Notes: generated by a model from the letters alone, not told the origin. Shown: positions 11,206-21,882, counted from the stretch's first letter. The stretch: 64,000 nucleotides of DNA from Gemmatimonadales bacterium (GCA_037189525.1 JBBCJC010000003.1:704001-768000); one strand, 5' to 3'. Numbers and translations: made by a program.

Positions 11206-12767
11206 GCGAACTCGTCAACGTAACTATCGACGGCGTGTCGGTGTCGGTGCCGAAGGGCACCTCGATCATCGAGGCTGCCAAGCAGGCGGGCGTTCTGGTC
11301 CCGCACTATTGCTACCATCCGTCGCTGCCGTCGCCTGCGGTGTGCCGCATGTGCCTGGTCGAGGTCGAAAAGGCCCCCAAGCTCTTACCGGCCTGCGTCA
11401 CCACGGTGGCCGACGGCAATGTGATTCACGTCAACAGCGCCGCGGCCAAGAAGGCGCGCGAAGCCGTCCTCGAGTTCCTGCTGATCAACCATCCGCTCGA
11501 TTGCCCGATCTGCGATCAGGCCGGCGAATGCGAGCTGCAGGACTATGTCTTCCAGGAGGGCCGGCCGGGTACCCGCTACGCGGACTATGCCAAGCGGTAC
11601 AATCCGGTCGAGGACTTCGGCCCCGACGTGTTGTACGTCGCCAACCGCTGCATTCTCTGCACCCGCTGCGTTCGCTTCATGGAGAATGTGGCCGACGAAC
11701 CGGTGCTCAACGTCTCGGAGCGCGGCGATCGGGCCTTCATCGGGATCGATCCCGACCATCTGCTGAGCCATCCCTGGTCCGGCAACGTGGTCGACCTCTG
11801 CCCGGTCGGGTCGCTGATCTCCAAGGACTTCTTGCACAAAGCGCGGGCCTGGGATCTCGACAAGACGGCGAGTATCTGCCCGGGATGCACCCAGGGCTGC
11901 AACATCATGGTCGATACCCGCGACGAAGTGGTCGTGCGGCTCAGGCCGCGGCCCAATCTCGAGGTCAATCGCCATTTCATCTGTGATACCGGCCGCCTCG
12001 ACTACCGCTGGATGAACCGCGGCGATCGGATCGAGGTGCCGCTGGTCCGCGACGGTGCCCGGTTGGCGCCGATCGACTGGGACGACGCCATCGAGCGGCT
12101 GGCGTCGTTGGTGCGCGATGCCAAGTCGATCACTGTGCTCGCTTCCGGACGGGCGTCGACCGAAGCCCTCGGCACGGTGGCGCGACTGGTGCGCCGGGCC
12201 GATGTGACGGCGGTGGTCAAGGTTCCGACGGGTCCGGAAGCGCCGCTGGCCGGGGTGCCCAACCTGTCGCTGCGCGCCGAGCGGGTGCCCAATCTCAACG
12301 GGGCGCAGTTGCTCGGGTACACGGCGGATTGGGCGGCGGGCATTGCCTCTGCCCAGCGAGCGGACCTGGTTCTGGTGCTCGACGCCGACCTCGACGATCG
12401 CGACCTGGCCGCGGTGGCCGGTGCCAAGGCGGTGGTCTTGATCGGCACGGTCGATGATGATCGTCTCGAGCGCGCCACGTTGGTGCTGCCCACCACGAAC
12501 ATGGTCGAAGAGAACGGGACCTACGTCAACCGGGACAACCGGGTGCAACGGTACTTCCAGGCCAAGGGCGCGCCCGGGATGGCGCGGCCGGCCTGGTGGA
12601 TCGGAGCGAGTGCCGCGGCCGAACTCGACGGCGGGTCGGTCCCGGCCACGGCCGGCGACGCTTTTGCCGAACTGACCCAAGCGGTCACGACGTTCGATGA
12701 CCTCACCTACCAGGATCTGGGCTTTGTCGGCCGGGTCGTCGGCCGGACGGCGGAGGCGCTGCGATGA
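11202..12767 (+). CDS. nuoG: NADH-quinone oxidoreductase subunit G (short, 521 aa)
   Basis: CYHP..CRMCLV, HPLDCPICDQAGEC, CILCTRC..CPVG and CPGCTQGC motifs. Confidence 0.93.
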   Translation: MSELVNVTIDGVSVSVPKGTSIIEAAKQAGVLVPHYCYHPSLPSPAVCRMCLVEVEKAPKLLPACVTTVADGNVIHVNSAAAKKAREAVLEFLLINHPLDCPICDQAGECELQDYVFQEGRPGTRYADYAKRYNPVEDFGPDVLYVANRCILCTRCVRFMENVADEPVLNVSERGDRAFIGIDPDHLLSHPWSGNVVDLCPVGSLISKDFLHKARAWDLDKTASICPGCTQGCNIMVDTRDEVVVRLRPRPNLEVNRHFICDTGRLDYRWMNRGDRIEVPLVRDGARLAPIDWDDAIERLASLVRDAKSITVLASGRASTEALGTVARLVRRADVTAVVKVPTGPEAPLAGVPNLSLRAERVPNLNGAQLLGYTADWAAGIASAQRADLVLVLDADLDDRDLAAVAGAKAVVLIGTVDDDRLERATLVLPTTNMVEENGTYVNRDNRVQRYFQAKGAPGMARPAWWIGASAAAELDGGSVPATAGDAFAELTQAVTTFDDLTYQDLGFVGRVVGRTAEALR

Positions 12768-13990
12768 CGCCCGAAACCAAGGGGCTCCTGATTCTGTCGT
12801 CACTCAAGATGCTCGTGGTCTTTACGGTCACGATGGTCGGCGTGGCGATGATGACCTGGATGGAGCGGAAAGTCTGTTCGTGGATGCAGAACCGCCGCGG
12901 CCCCAATCGGGTGGGCTGGGCGGGGCTGCTGCAACCCGCAGCCGATGGGCTCAAGAACATCGTCAAGGAAGAGACGTTCCCGGAGGAGGCCAACAGCTTC
13001 CTCTTCATCCTGGCGCCGGCCATGGCCTTCATTCCGGCGCTGCTGCTCGGGTCGGTAATTCCCTGGGGCGCGCCGATTCAGGTCGATTTCGACTGGCAGC
13101 TGCCGCTGCTCGGAGCGGTGTCGTACCACGGCCTGTTGCCGCTGTCGGTCATCGATCTGCCGATCGGGTTCCTGTTCGTCTTTGCGATCAGTTCGCTCGG
13201 TATCTACGGCATCGTGCTCGCCGGCTGGGCATCGAACAGCAAGTACAGCATGCTGGGCGGCCTGCGCGCGACGGCCCAGATGGTTTCCTATGAAGTCGCG
13301 CTGGGCTTGAGCCTGGTGCCGGTGTTGCTGGTGGCGGGGAACCCGACCTTCTCGCAGATCATCAGCGCGCAGCAGAGCGGGCCGTTGTCATGGTTTGCGC
13401 TCCAGCTGACGGTGGCGTTCTTCGTCTTCATGGTGGCGGCGTTTGCGGAAACCAATCGGTTGCCGTTCGACATGCCTGAGGCCGAGTCCGAGCTGATTGC
13501 CGGATACCACACCGAATACTCGGCCATGAAGTTCTCGATGTTCTTCATTGCCGAGTATGCCAACATCCTGACCATGTCGGCGATGATGGCGACACTGTTC
13601 TTCGGCGGCTGGGACATCCCGTTCACGAGTTGGGATCAGGGCGGCTCGCTCGTGGCGACGATCGCGACGGCGGCCATGATGTTCCTCAAGACGACCTTCT
13701 TCGTGTTCTTCTTCATGTGGATTCGCTGGACTCTGCCGCGGTTCCGCTATGACCAGCTGATGTCGCTCGGGTGGAAGTTCATGATTCCACTCGCGCTGGT
13801 CTATGTCGTCGTGGTGGCGCTGGTGATGTGGGGCATCGAAAGTGTGGCCGGGATCACGAGCCCGCTGGTCAAGTCGCTCGTCTTCCTGGGTATCAACGTG
13901 GTCGCGTGTTACGTGATCTTCTTCATTCTCGACCGGGGTACGCTGGTGTCGGGATCGTACCGTCGCGCCGTAGGCGCGGCGAGGGGCTGA
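12764..13990 (+). CDS. nuoH: NADH-quinone oxidoreductase subunit H
   Basis: GPNRVG, QPAADGLK, AETNRLPFD, EAESEL and PRFRYDQLM motifs. Confidence 0.96.
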   Translation: MTPETKGLLILSSLKMLVVFTVTMVGVAMMTWMERKVCSWMQNRRGPNRVGWAGLLQPAADGLKNIVKEETFPEEANSFLFILAPAMAFIPALLLGSVIPWGAPIQVDFDWQLPLLGAVSYHGLLPLSVIDLPIGFLFVFAISSLGIYGIVLAGWASNSKYSMLGGLRATAQMVSYEVALGLSLVPVLLVAGNPTFSQIISAQQSGPLSWFALQLTVAFFVFMVAAFAETNRLPFDMPEAESELIAGYHTEYSAMKFSMFFIAEYANILTMSAMMATLFFGGWDIPFTSWDQGGSLVATIATAAMMFLKTTFFVFFFMWIRWTLPRFRYDQLMSLGWKFMIPLALVYVVVVALVMWGIESVAGITSPLVKSLVFLGINVVACYVIFFILDRGTLVSGSYRRAVGAARG

Positions 13991-13994
13991 GCAT

Positions 13995-14513
13995 ATGGCG
14001 ATCGGCGTCAAGGTCATGAAGCGCCCGGAGCGTGAGATGAGTTACATCCGCGCGACGCTCAAGGGGCTGTCATTGACCTTCAAGAACATGTTCCGCACCA
14101 AAGTCACCATGCAGTACCCGGAAGAGCGGAGTACGGCGGATGAGCGCGGCAGCTACACGCTCTCGCCCCGGTGGCGGGGAACCCACCGGATGCTGGCGGA
14201 CGAGCAGGGGCGGTCCAAGTGCGTCGCCTGCGGACTCTGCCCGCAGATCTGCCCAGCCAACTGCATCAAGCTGGTGCCCGGCGAAGACGAAGAGGGCAAC
14301 CGGTACCCGCTGATCTACGAGATCGACGAGTTCCGCTGCGTCTTCTGCGGTTACTGCCAGGAAGTCTGTCCCGAGGAGGCGATCCACGTCGGCGTGCATT
14401 ATGAAAACGCCGAGTACAGCCGGGACCGGTTCGTCTATGATCTGGAGCGCCTGACATCGCAGACCCATCCGGTGTCGTCGCTCTGGGATCCCGCCGATCC
14501 GCGGGGGCAGTAA
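13995..14513 (+). CDS. nuoI: NADH-quinone oxidoreductase subunit I
   Basis: CVACGLCPQICP and CVFCGYCQEVCP 4Fe-4S motifs. Confidence 0.96.
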   Translation: MAIGVKVMKRPEREMSYIRATLKGLSLTFKNMFRTKVTMQYPEERSTADERGSYTLSPRWRGTHRMLADEQGRSKCVACGLCPQICPANCIKLVPGEDEEGNRYPLIYEIDEFRCVFCGYCQEVCPEEAIHVGVHYENAEYSRDRFVYDLERLTSQTHPVSSLWDPADPRGQ

Positions 14514-15073
14514 TGGTCGAATTCGTCTTCTACACGCTGGCGATCATGGCGGTCGTCTCGGCGATCCTCTGTATCACCCGGCAGAGTCCGGTGCCGGCGG
14601 CATTGTGGCTCGTGTCGACCATGTTTTCGCTGGCGGGGATCTACGTCCTGCTCAACGCGCAGTTCATCGCCGCGATGCAGGTTCTGGTCTACGCCGGTGC
14701 CATCATGGTGCTCTTCCTGTTCGTCATCATGCTGCTCAATCTGGGGCGGGGTGAGGAGTCGGATCTCAAGAAGGGGCCCATCGTGGGCGTCGCGGCGGCG
14801 CTGGGCATTGCGCTGATTGCTGCGCTGTGGGTCGTGCGCGGTACCTCGACCGCCAGCCTCGCCGCGGCGCTGGGCACGGTGCCCGGGGCTTCCGGTCCGT
14901 CGGCGGCGCTGCCGGGCGCGGCGGCCGTCCATGCCACCGAGTCGTTCACCAATGCGGTCGGGGCGGTTGCCTCGCCGATGTTCCGTACCTATCTCGTGCC
15001 GTTCGAACTCACCTCGGTGCTGCTGCTGGCCGCGGCGGTGGGAGCGGTCGTGCTCGCGAAACGGAAGATCTGA
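14513..15073 (+). CDS. nuoJ: NADH-quinone oxidoreductase subunit J
   Basis: [19 protein letters not shown] and [10 protein letters not shown] motifs. Confidence 0.95.
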   Translation: MVEFVFYTLAIMAVVSAILCITRQSPVPAALWLVSTMFSLAGIYVLLNAQFIAAMQVLVYAGAIMVLFLFVIMLLNLGRGEESDLKKGPIVGVAAALGIALIAALWVVRGTSTASLAAALGTVPGASGPSAALPGAAAVHATESFTNAVGAVASPMFRTYLVPFELTSVLLLAAAVGAVVLAKRKI

Positions 15074-15369
15074 TGCTCCTGGAACATTCGCTCATCCTGT
15101 CGGCGGCCCTCTTCACGATCGGTGTCGTGGGCGTGATGATCCGCCGCAATGCGATCGTGCTGTTCATGTGCGTCGAGCTGATGCTCAACGCCGTGAACCT
15201 CTCGTTCGTGGCGCTGTCGACGGCGCACGGCTTTACCGGACAGGTCATGGTGTTCTTCGTCATGACCGTCGCGGCAGCCGAGGCGGCCGTGGGCCTGGCC
15301 ATCATTCTCGCGATCTTCCGGCATACCCGGTCGGTTGACCTCAAGACCATGAACCTGCTGCAAGGCTGA
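15073..15369 (+). CDS. nuoK: NADH-quinone oxidoreductase subunit K
   Basis: Starts MLLEHSL at ATG 15073; ELMLNAVN and [10 protein letters not shown] motifs. Confidence 0.95.
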   Translation: MLLEHSLILSAALFTIGVVGVMIRRNAIVLFMCVELMLNAVNLSFVALSTAHGFTGQVMVFFVMTVAAAEAAVGLAIILAIFRHTRSVDLKTMNLLQG

Positions 15370-17345
15370 TGAATCCCTCCTGGATTTGGCTGGCCATCGC
15401 GCTTCCGTTCGCCGGCTTTCTGGTGAACGGCACGCTCGCCCTGGTCAAGCCTGATGCGAAGCGGCTGGTCACATTGGTCGGCCCTGGTGTGCTGCTGGCG
15501 GCCTTTGCCGTCGCGGCGTCGGTGTTCGTCGGCTTTGCCGGGCAGCCGCCTCAAGCCCCGGTCATCGTGCCGCTCTGGACCTGGATCGCGACCGGTGCGC
15601 TCGATCTCGGCTTCTCTCTGCAGGTGGACCAGCTCTCGCTCGTGATGCTGCTGGTCATCACCGGGGTCGGCAGCCTGATCCACATCTTCAGCGTCGGCTA
15701 CATGTCGTCGGATCCGGGGTACGCGAAGTTCTTCGCCTACCTGAATCTGTTCGTCGTGTTCATGCTGGTGCTGGTGCTGGGGTCGAGTCTGCCGGTGCTG
15801 TTCATCGGCTGGGAAGGCGTCGGTCTCTGTTCGTATCTGCTGATCGGCTTCTGGTACCAGGACAAGGCCAACGCCGATGCCGGTAAGAAGGCCTTCATCG
15901 TCAACCGGATCGGCGACCTCGGCGTTCTGATCGCGATGTTCCTGATCTTCTGGTCGCTCGGTACGCTCGAGTTCCGGGAAATTGCCGAGCGCGCGCCGAG
16001 CGGGCTGCTGGTGGGCGGCGGCCTGGTTACGGCGATCACGCTCTTCCTGTTCCTGGGCTGCACCGGCAAGTCGGCGCAGATTCCGCTCTTTACCTGGCTG
16101 CCGGACGCCATGGCGGGTCCGACGCCGGTGTCGGCGCTGATCCACGCGGCCACGATGGTTACGGCCGGCGTGTACCTGATTGCCCGGACCAGTGTCCTGT
16201 TCGCGATGGCGCCGCTCTCGAGCGCCATCGTGGCGGGCGTCGGCGCGCTGACCGCGCTCTTCGCGGCGTCGATCGGTCTACGCCAGTATGACATCAAGAA
16301 AGTTCTTGCCTATTCGACCGTGTCCCAGCTGGGCTACATGTTCCTGGGCGTCGGGTCGGCGGCGTACACGGCGGGCGTCTTTCATCTGGTGACGCACGCC
16401 TTCTTCAAGGCACTCCTCTTTCTCGGCTCGGGCAGCGTGATCCACGCGATGCACCATGCGTATCATGCCACCCACAGCCACGACGACGCGCAGGACATGC
16501 GGAATATGGGCGGCCTCAAGAAGTACATGCCGGCCACCTATATCCTGATGCTGCTCTCGACGCTGGCCATTGCGGGCGTGCCGCCGTTCTCGGGCTTCTT
16601 CTCCAAGGATGAGATCCTGGCCACGGCGTTCGGGCGGGCGCACGAGCACCCGATCTACTACGTCTTCTGGGCCATGGGCGCGATCGCGGCGCTGCTGACG
16701 GCGTTCTACATGATGCGCCTGATCGCGATGACCTTCCTGGGCGAGAATCGCACCGGCGCCAAGGAGCAGGAGCATTTGCATGAGGCGCCGGCGGTCATGA
16801 CCGGTCCGCTCGTCGTGCTCGGCGTGCTGGCGGTCATCGGCGGGGTGCTCAACCTGCCGAGCTTCTGGCCGACCGGTCCGCACCATGTGCTCGAGAACTG
16901 GCTCGAGCCCGTGCTCGCGCCGGCCGCCGTCTTCATGCAGGCGCAACATCCGCACGGGGCGACCGAATACATCCTGATCGGCCTGGCCATCGCGATCGCC
17001 GTGGCGGGGTTGTACGCGGGCTATCGGACTACGCTCGCCAAGCCGATTCCGGTTGCCAAGCAGGCGCCGGAAGAGGTCGGCTTTGCCAAGGTCCTCTTCA
17101 ACAAGTACTACATCGACGAGATCTATCAGTCGCTCATCGTCCGGCCGCTGGTCGGCGGTTCGCGCTATATCCTCTGGAAGTTCTTCGACCAGGGCGTCAT
17201 CGATGGACTGGGTGTCAATGGTTCCGGCGGCTTGGCCCGCGGGATCGGCTGGCTGGGCAGCCGGTTGCAGACCGGCCAACTCGGCTTCTATGTCCTCGTG
17301 TTCGTGGTCGGCGCCGTCTGGCTCGTCCACGCCGTGAACCGATAA
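15369..17345 (+). CDS. nuoL: NADH-quinone oxidoreductase subunit L
   Basis: GWEGVG, KSAQIPL, WLPDAMAGPTPVSALIHAATMV and THAFFKA motifs. Confidence 0.96.
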   Translation: MNPSWIWLAIALPFAGFLVNGTLALVKPDAKRLVTLVGPGVLLAAFAVAASVFVGFAGQPPQAPVIVPLWTWIATGALDLGFSLQVDQLSLVMLLVITGVGSLIHIFSVGYMSSDPGYAKFFAYLNLFVVFMLVLVLGSSLPVLFIGWEGVGLCSYLLIGFWYQDKANADAGKKAFIVNRIGDLGVLIAMFLIFWSLGTLEFREIAERAPSGLLVGGGLVTAITLFLFLGCTGKSAQIPLFTWLPDAMAGPTPVSALIHAATMVTAGVYLIARTSVLFAMAPLSSAIVAGVGALTALFAASIGLRQYDIKKVLAYSTVSQLGYMFLGVGSAAYTAGVFHLVTHAFFKALLFLGSGSVIHAMHHAYHATHSHDDAQDMRNMGGLKKYMPATYILMLLSTLAIAGVPPFSGFFSKDEILATAFGRAHEHPIYYVFWAMGAIAALLTAFYMMRLIAMTFLGENRTGAKEQEHLHEAPAVMTGPLVVLGVLAVIGGVLNLPSFWPTGPHHVLENWLEPVLAPAAVFMQAQHPHGATEYILIGLAIAIAVAGLYAGYRTTLAKPIPVAKQAPEEVGFAKVLFNKYYIDEIYQSLIVRPLVGGSRYILWKFFDQGVIDGLGVNGSGGLARGIGWLGSRLQTGQLGFYVLVFVVGAVWLVHAVNR

Positions 17346-17354
17346 GGTCGCGCC

Positions 17355-18920
17355 ATGGAAAACTTTCTCGCTTCGATCGGGTACAACGGGTGGATCCTGC
17401 ACGTGCTGCTGCTGGTTCCGGCACTGGCCGCGATCCCCGTGTTCCTGAGTTCGCCGGCGATGGCCAAGCGGCTTGCGCTGCTGGCGACCGTGGTGGAACT
17501 GGTGCTCTCGCTGGGGCTCTGGTGGTCGGTCGATACCAGTACCGGAACCATGGAACTGGTCTCCACGTTCGCGTGGATTCCGCAGTGGGGCATTTCGTAC
17601 GCGGTCGGGATCGACGGGATCTCGCTCATGATGGTGCTGTTGAGCACGCTCCTGATGCCGCTTTGCGTCCTGGGCAGCTACAACTACATCACCCAGCGTG
17701 AACCGGCCTACTACGCGCTCCTGCTGATTCTGACGACGGGCATGATCGGGGTCTTCATCGCCACCGACATGTTCCTGTTCTATGTGTTCTGGGAAGTCAT
17801 GCTGATCCCGATGTACTTCCTGATCGGCGTGTGGGGCGGCAAGAACCGGCTGTATGCGACGCTCAAGTTCTTCATCTACACGATGGCGGGCTCGCTGCTC
17901 ATGCTGGTCGCGATCATCGTGATGGTCCGGATTGCCGCCGTCTCCAGCGGCACCGTCTCCTTCTCGTACTTCCATCTGTTGCAGTATTCGACCGGGGCGG
18001 CCATGACCCGGGCAGCGCCGCTGCTCTTCCTGGCTTTCTTCCTGGCCTTTGCCATCAAGGTCCCGATCTTCCCGTTCCACACCTGGCTGCCGGATGCGCA
18101 CGTCGAGGCGCCGACGGCCGGATCGGTCATCCTGGCCAGTGTCCTCCTCAAGATGGGGACCTACGGCTTCCTGCGCTTTGCGATTCCGTTCTTCCCGAGC
18201 GTGGCTTTCAGCGACTTCGTGAGCTCGACGGTCGTGGCGCTGGCGGTGATCGGGATCGTCTACGGGGCGCTGGTCGCGATGGTGCAACCCGACTTCAAGA
18301 AACTGGTGGCCTACTCCTCGGTCAGTCACCTCGGCTTCGTGATGCTCGGGATTTGGGCCGCGTCGGTGCAGGGGGTCCAGGGCGCGCTGATGGTGATGAT
18401 CGGTCACGGTTTCTCGACCGGCGCACTCTTCTTCCTGATCGGCATGCTGTACGAGCGCCGGCATACCCGGGAACTCAGCGACTACGGCGGGATTGCCAAG
18501 GTGGTGCCCATCTTCAGCATTCTGCTGACCGTGGTTGCGCTGGCCTCGATCGGGTTGCCTGGGCTCAACGGCTTCGTCGGTGAATTCCTCGTGCTGGTCG
18601 GGTCCTTCAAGGCCTTCCCGATTGCCACCGGTCTGGCGACAACGGGGGTCATCTTTGCCGCGGCGTATCTGCTCTGGGCGCTGCAGCGGATCATCTTCAA
18701 CCCGCTCGATAAGCCGGTCAATCAGACCATTCGCGACCTGGATCGGCGCGAGCTGCTGGTTCTGGCCCCGCTCATTCTCGGGATCATCTGGATGGGGCTC
18801 TATCCCAAACCGGTGCTCGACCGGATGGAGCCGGCGGCCAAGCAGTACATCATGCGCGCCAAGGGCGGCGCCCCGATCGATGGCGCGCAGCCGATTACCG
18901 TGGGGAGCGTGAACCGATGA
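17355..18920 (+). CDS. nuoM: NADH-quinone oxidoreductase subunit M
   Basis: FWEVMLIP, HTWLPDAHVEAPT and AYSSVSH motifs. Confidence 0.96.
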   Translation: MENFLASIGYNGWILHVLLLVPALAAIPVFLSSPAMAKRLALLATVVELVLSLGLWWSVDTSTGTMELVSTFAWIPQWGISYAVGIDGISLMMVLLSTLLMPLCVLGSYNYITQREPAYYALLLILTTGMIGVFIATDMFLFYVFWEVMLIPMYFLIGVWGGKNRLYATLKFFIYTMAGSLLMLVAIIVMVRIAAVSSGTVSFSYFHLLQYSTGAAMTRAAPLLFLAFFLAFAIKVPIFPFHTWLPDAHVEAPTAGSVILASVLLKMGTYGFLRFAIPFFPSVAFSDFVSSTVVALAVIGIVYGALVAMVQPDFKKLVAYSSVSHLGFVMLGIWAASVQGVQGALMVMIGHGFSTGALFFLIGMLYERRHTRELSDYGGIAKVVPIFSILLTVVALASIGLPGLNGFVGEFLVLVGSFKAFPIATGLATTGVIFAAAYLLWALQRIIFNPLDKPVNQTIRDLDRRELLVLAPLILGIIWMGLYPKPVLDRMEPAAKQYIMRAKGGAPIDGAQPITVGSVNR

Positions 18921-20419
18921 ACGGCCTCGACCTCGCGACACCCGCCGGCGTGATGCTGGCGTTGTTGCCGGAACTCGTCGTCATTGCAGCAAGCCTGGTG
19001 GTTCTGCTCGTCAACGCCTGGCGCCATCAGACGGCCGCCGATTCGCGGCTGGCGGGCTGGATCTCGCTGACCGGGATCGTCGCCGCGCTGGCGGCGCTCG
19101 CTGCGCTCTGGCAGTCGGGAGCCAGCCCGATCGGCGCGCCGCACATGGTTGCGCTCGACGGGTATCGCTTTGCCGCGCTGGCGGTCATTCTCGTGGCCAG
19201 CGCAGGGACCATCCTGCTTTCGCTCGACTACAACGAACGCGAGTCGCTGATTGCGCCGGAGTATTACGCGCTCCTGCTGATGGCCACCGCGGGGATGATG
19301 TTCCTTGCCGGGGCTGAAGACCTGATCGTGTTCTTCCTCGGGCTCGAGGTGATGTCGATTCCGGTTTACGTCCTGGCGGCCTTCAATCGGCGCAGCGTCG
19401 TATCGGCGGAGTCCGGCCTCAAGTACTTCCTCGTAGGCGCCATTGCCTCTGCGTTCCTGCTGTATGGCATTGCATTGATCTATGGCGCTACTGGGTCAAC
19501 CGCGCTTACGGCTATCGGGGCGAGCATCGCCACGCATGGCGTGACGCCGCTCGCGGCCATCGGTGTCGCCCTCGCGCTGGTCGGGATGGGCTTCAAGGTG
19601 GCGTCGGTGCCGTTCCACATGTGGGCGCCGGACGTCTATGACGGTGCCCCCACTCCGATCACGGCCTACATGGCGACCGCGGTCAAGGCGGCGGCGTTCG
19701 TCGCACTGGTGCGCCTCCTGATGGTCGGGTTCGGAACCGAAATCGACAGCTGGCAGCCCTTGGTCGGTGCGCTGGCGGCGGCCTCGATGATTCTCGGTAA
19801 CCTGGTGGCGCTGGCGCAGCGGTCGCTCAAGCGCATGCTCGCATACAGCTCGATTGCGCACGCGGGGTACATCCTCGCGGCTGTCTGGACCGGCAGCCAG
19901 GCCGGGGCCAGCGCCACGCTGCTGTACCTCACGGCCTATGTCATCACCAGCCTCGTGACCTTCGGAATCCTCAGTGTCCTGGGTCGCGGTGGCGAGCGGG
20001 AAGTGACGCTCGATTCGATTGCCGGGCTGGCAGCGCAGCGACCGGCCGTCGCGTTTGCGCTGAGCGTCGCGATGTTCTCGCTGCTGGGCTTTCCCGGAAC
20101 CTTCGGATTCATCGGGAAGTGGGCCATCCTGTCCGCCGTGGCGGCGGAGCATCAGTACTTCCTGGCGATCGTTCTGGTCCTCACCAGCATCGTATCGGTA
20201 GGCTATTACCTTCCGGTCGTACGGGCGATCTATATGAAGTCGCCGGTGACCACCGACCAGCACGCCCATGTGACGTTGCCGGCGCCGGTGCGCTGGACCG
20301 TTGCGGTCGGCGTGGCCCTGGTCTTGCTTTTCGGGGTGCTGCCGGGCGTGGCGATTCAGAGCTCGGATGCGAGTGCCAAGTCTTTCGCCGGTACGGCATT
20401 GGATCGCATCAGCAAATAG
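18917..20419 (+). CDS. nuoN: NADH-quinone oxidoreductase subunit N
   Basis: GLKYF, PFHMWAPDVYDGAPTP and KRMLAYSSIAH motifs. Confidence 0.96.
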   Translation: MNGLDLATPAGVMLALLPELVVIAASLVVLLVNAWRHQTAADSRLAGWISLTGIVAALAALAALWQSGASPIGAPHMVALDGYRFAALAVILVASAGTILLSLDYNERESLIAPEYYALLLMATAGMMFLAGAEDLIVFFLGLEVMSIPVYVLAAFNRRSVVSAESGLKYFLVGAIASAFLLYGIALIYGATGSTALTAIGASIATHGVTPLAAIGVALALVGMGFKVASVPFHMWAPDVYDGAPTPITAYMATAVKAAAFVALVRLLMVGFGTEIDSWQPLVGALAAASMILGNLVALAQRSLKRMLAYSSIAHAGYILAAVWTGSQAGASATLLYLTAYVITSLVTFGILSVLGRGGEREVTLDSIAGLAAQRPAVAFALSVAMFSLLGFPGTFGFIGKWAILSAVAAEHQYFLAIVLVLTSIVSVGYYLPVVRAIYMKSPVTTDQHAHVTLPAPVRWTVAVGVALVLLFGVLPGVAIQSSDASAKSFAGTALDRISK

Positions 20420-20432
20420 CGGAAGGTGGGAA

Positions 20433-20455
20433 GGGGCGGGCGCCAGGCCCGCCCC
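20433..20455 (+). terminator. GC-rich hairpin after nuoN (no U-tract)
   Basis: GGGGCGGGC-GCCAG-GCCCGCCCC, a 9-bp perfect stem. Confidence 0.45.
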
Positions 20456-20506
20456 GCGTCACGACCTCCCGCACGGACCTGTTACTGCGGCGGTGAGCAG
20501 CCTTCC

Positions 20507-21877
20507 ATGCAGATACCCAAGAATATCTTTCGCCAGTATGACGTCCGCGGTCTCGTCGATCGCGAGTTGACGCCGGAGTTTGCACGCGCCCTCGGGCGCG
20601 CCTTTGCATCGGCCGGGTGGACGAAGCTGAGGCGCGCGCCGGTCATTGCGGTGGGGCGCGACAACCGCCCGTCCGGCGATGCGCTGGCCCGCGGGGTCCG
20701 CGCCGGTATCGTGGACGCGGGTGCCACGGCAATCGACGTCGGGATGGTGCCGACGCCGGCGCTCTACTACGCGGTGCACCACCTCAAGGCCGACGGCGGC
20801 TTGCAGGTTACCGGGTCGCACAATCCTCCCGAGTTCAACGGCTTCAAGATGGTGCTCGCCGGCGAAGCCATCCACGGCGACGCGATTCTCGACCTGTACG
20901 ATGTCATCATGGCCGAGACCTGGAAAACGGGGCAGGGCAGCGAGCGGGTCGACGGCTCCATTCTCGAGGCCTACGCTCACGCCATCGTCAGCCGCCACAC
21001 CCTCGCGCGACCGGTCAAAGTCGTGGTCGATTGCGGCAACGGCGTCGCCAGCCTCATTGCCGAGAAGGTGCTGACCGCACTCGGCTGTGAGGTGACACCG
21101 CTGTTCTGCGAGTCTGACGGGACCTTTCCGAATCATCACCCCGATCCGACCGTCCCGGAGAATCTCGAAGATCTCGTCCTTGCGGTGAGGCGGACCGGCG
21201 CCGAACTGGGTGTCGCGTTCGACGGCGACGGCGACCGGATCGGTGCCGTCGATGAGCACGGCACCATCATCTACGGCGACCAGCTCCTGGTCGTGTTGGG
21301 CCGCGATGCGGTACGCCGCTTCGGTCGTGATGTGCCGGTCATCTTCGACGTCAAATGCTCTGAGGTCTTGCCTCAGGCGCTTCGTGAAGCCGGTGCGCGT
21401 CCGGAGATGTGGAAGACCGGCCACTCGCTCATCAAAGCGCGGATGAAGGAACTCGCCGCGCCGCTCGCGGGTGAGATGAGCGGTCACATCTTCTTCGGCG
21501 GCGACTACTTCGGGTTCGACGACGCGCTGTTTGCCGCCGCCCGTTTGCTCGAAATCGTAGCGGCGGGCCCGCCCGGGCTGCACCGCCATCTTGCGGACCT
21601 GCCGACCACCTACGCGACGCCGGAGATTCGGGTCGACTGTCCGGATGACGTCAAGTTCGGCGTGGTCGAGGAGGCCGCTGCGCACTTCGGGTCGCAGTAC
21701 GAGGTCAATACCATCGACGGGGTCCGGATTGCCTATCCGGACGGGTGGGCGCTCTTGCGCGCCTCCAATACCCAGCCGGTGTTGGTAATGCGGTTCGAAG
21801 CAACCAGCGAAGCTGCGCGCGATCGCTATCAGGAGGAGATGCGCAGCTGGCTCAGGCAACGAGGGGTCGAGGGGTAA
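20507..21877 (+). CDS. Phosphomannomutase/phosphoglucomutase (AlgC-like)
   Basis: IFRQYDVRG, TGSHNP phosphoserine loop, FDGDGDR, GEMSGH and RASNT motifs; ATG at 20507. Confidence 0.93.
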   Translation: MQIPKNIFRQYDVRGLVDRELTPEFARALGRAFASAGWTKLRRAPVIAVGRDNRPSGDALARGVRAGIVDAGATAIDVGMVPTPALYYAVHHLKADGGLQVTGSHNPPEFNGFKMVLAGEAIHGDAILDLYDVIMAETWKTGQGSERVDGSILEAYAHAIVSRHTLARPVKVVVDCGNGVASLIAEKVLTALGCEVTPLFCESDGTFPNHHPDPTVPENLEDLVLAVRRTGAELGVAFDGDGDRIGAVDEHGTIIYGDQLLVVLGRDAVRRFGRDVPVIFDVKCSEVLPQALREAGARPEMWKTGHSLIKARMKELAAPLAGEMSGHIFFGGDYFGFDDALFAAARLLEIVAAGPPGLHRHLADLPTTYATPEIRVDCPDDVKFGVVEEAAAHFGSQYEVNTIDGVRIAYPDGWALLRASNTQPVLVMRFEATSEAARDRYQEEMRSWLRQRGVEG

Positions 21878-21882
21878 TCTTG

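Noticed and set aside
16278..18941. Very long antisense ORFs (887 aa here; also 1063-3042, 31269-33584, 39619-41490, 51571-53307 and others)
   Set aside because: They mirror well-conserved + strand genes, have no recognisable motifs, and are expected shadows in high-GC DNA with few stop codons.
19440..19520. Patch of A/T-ending codons inside nuoN as a possible internal promoter or sRNA
   Set aside because: No convincing -35/-10 pair or hairpin could be identified by eye, so it is too weak to report.
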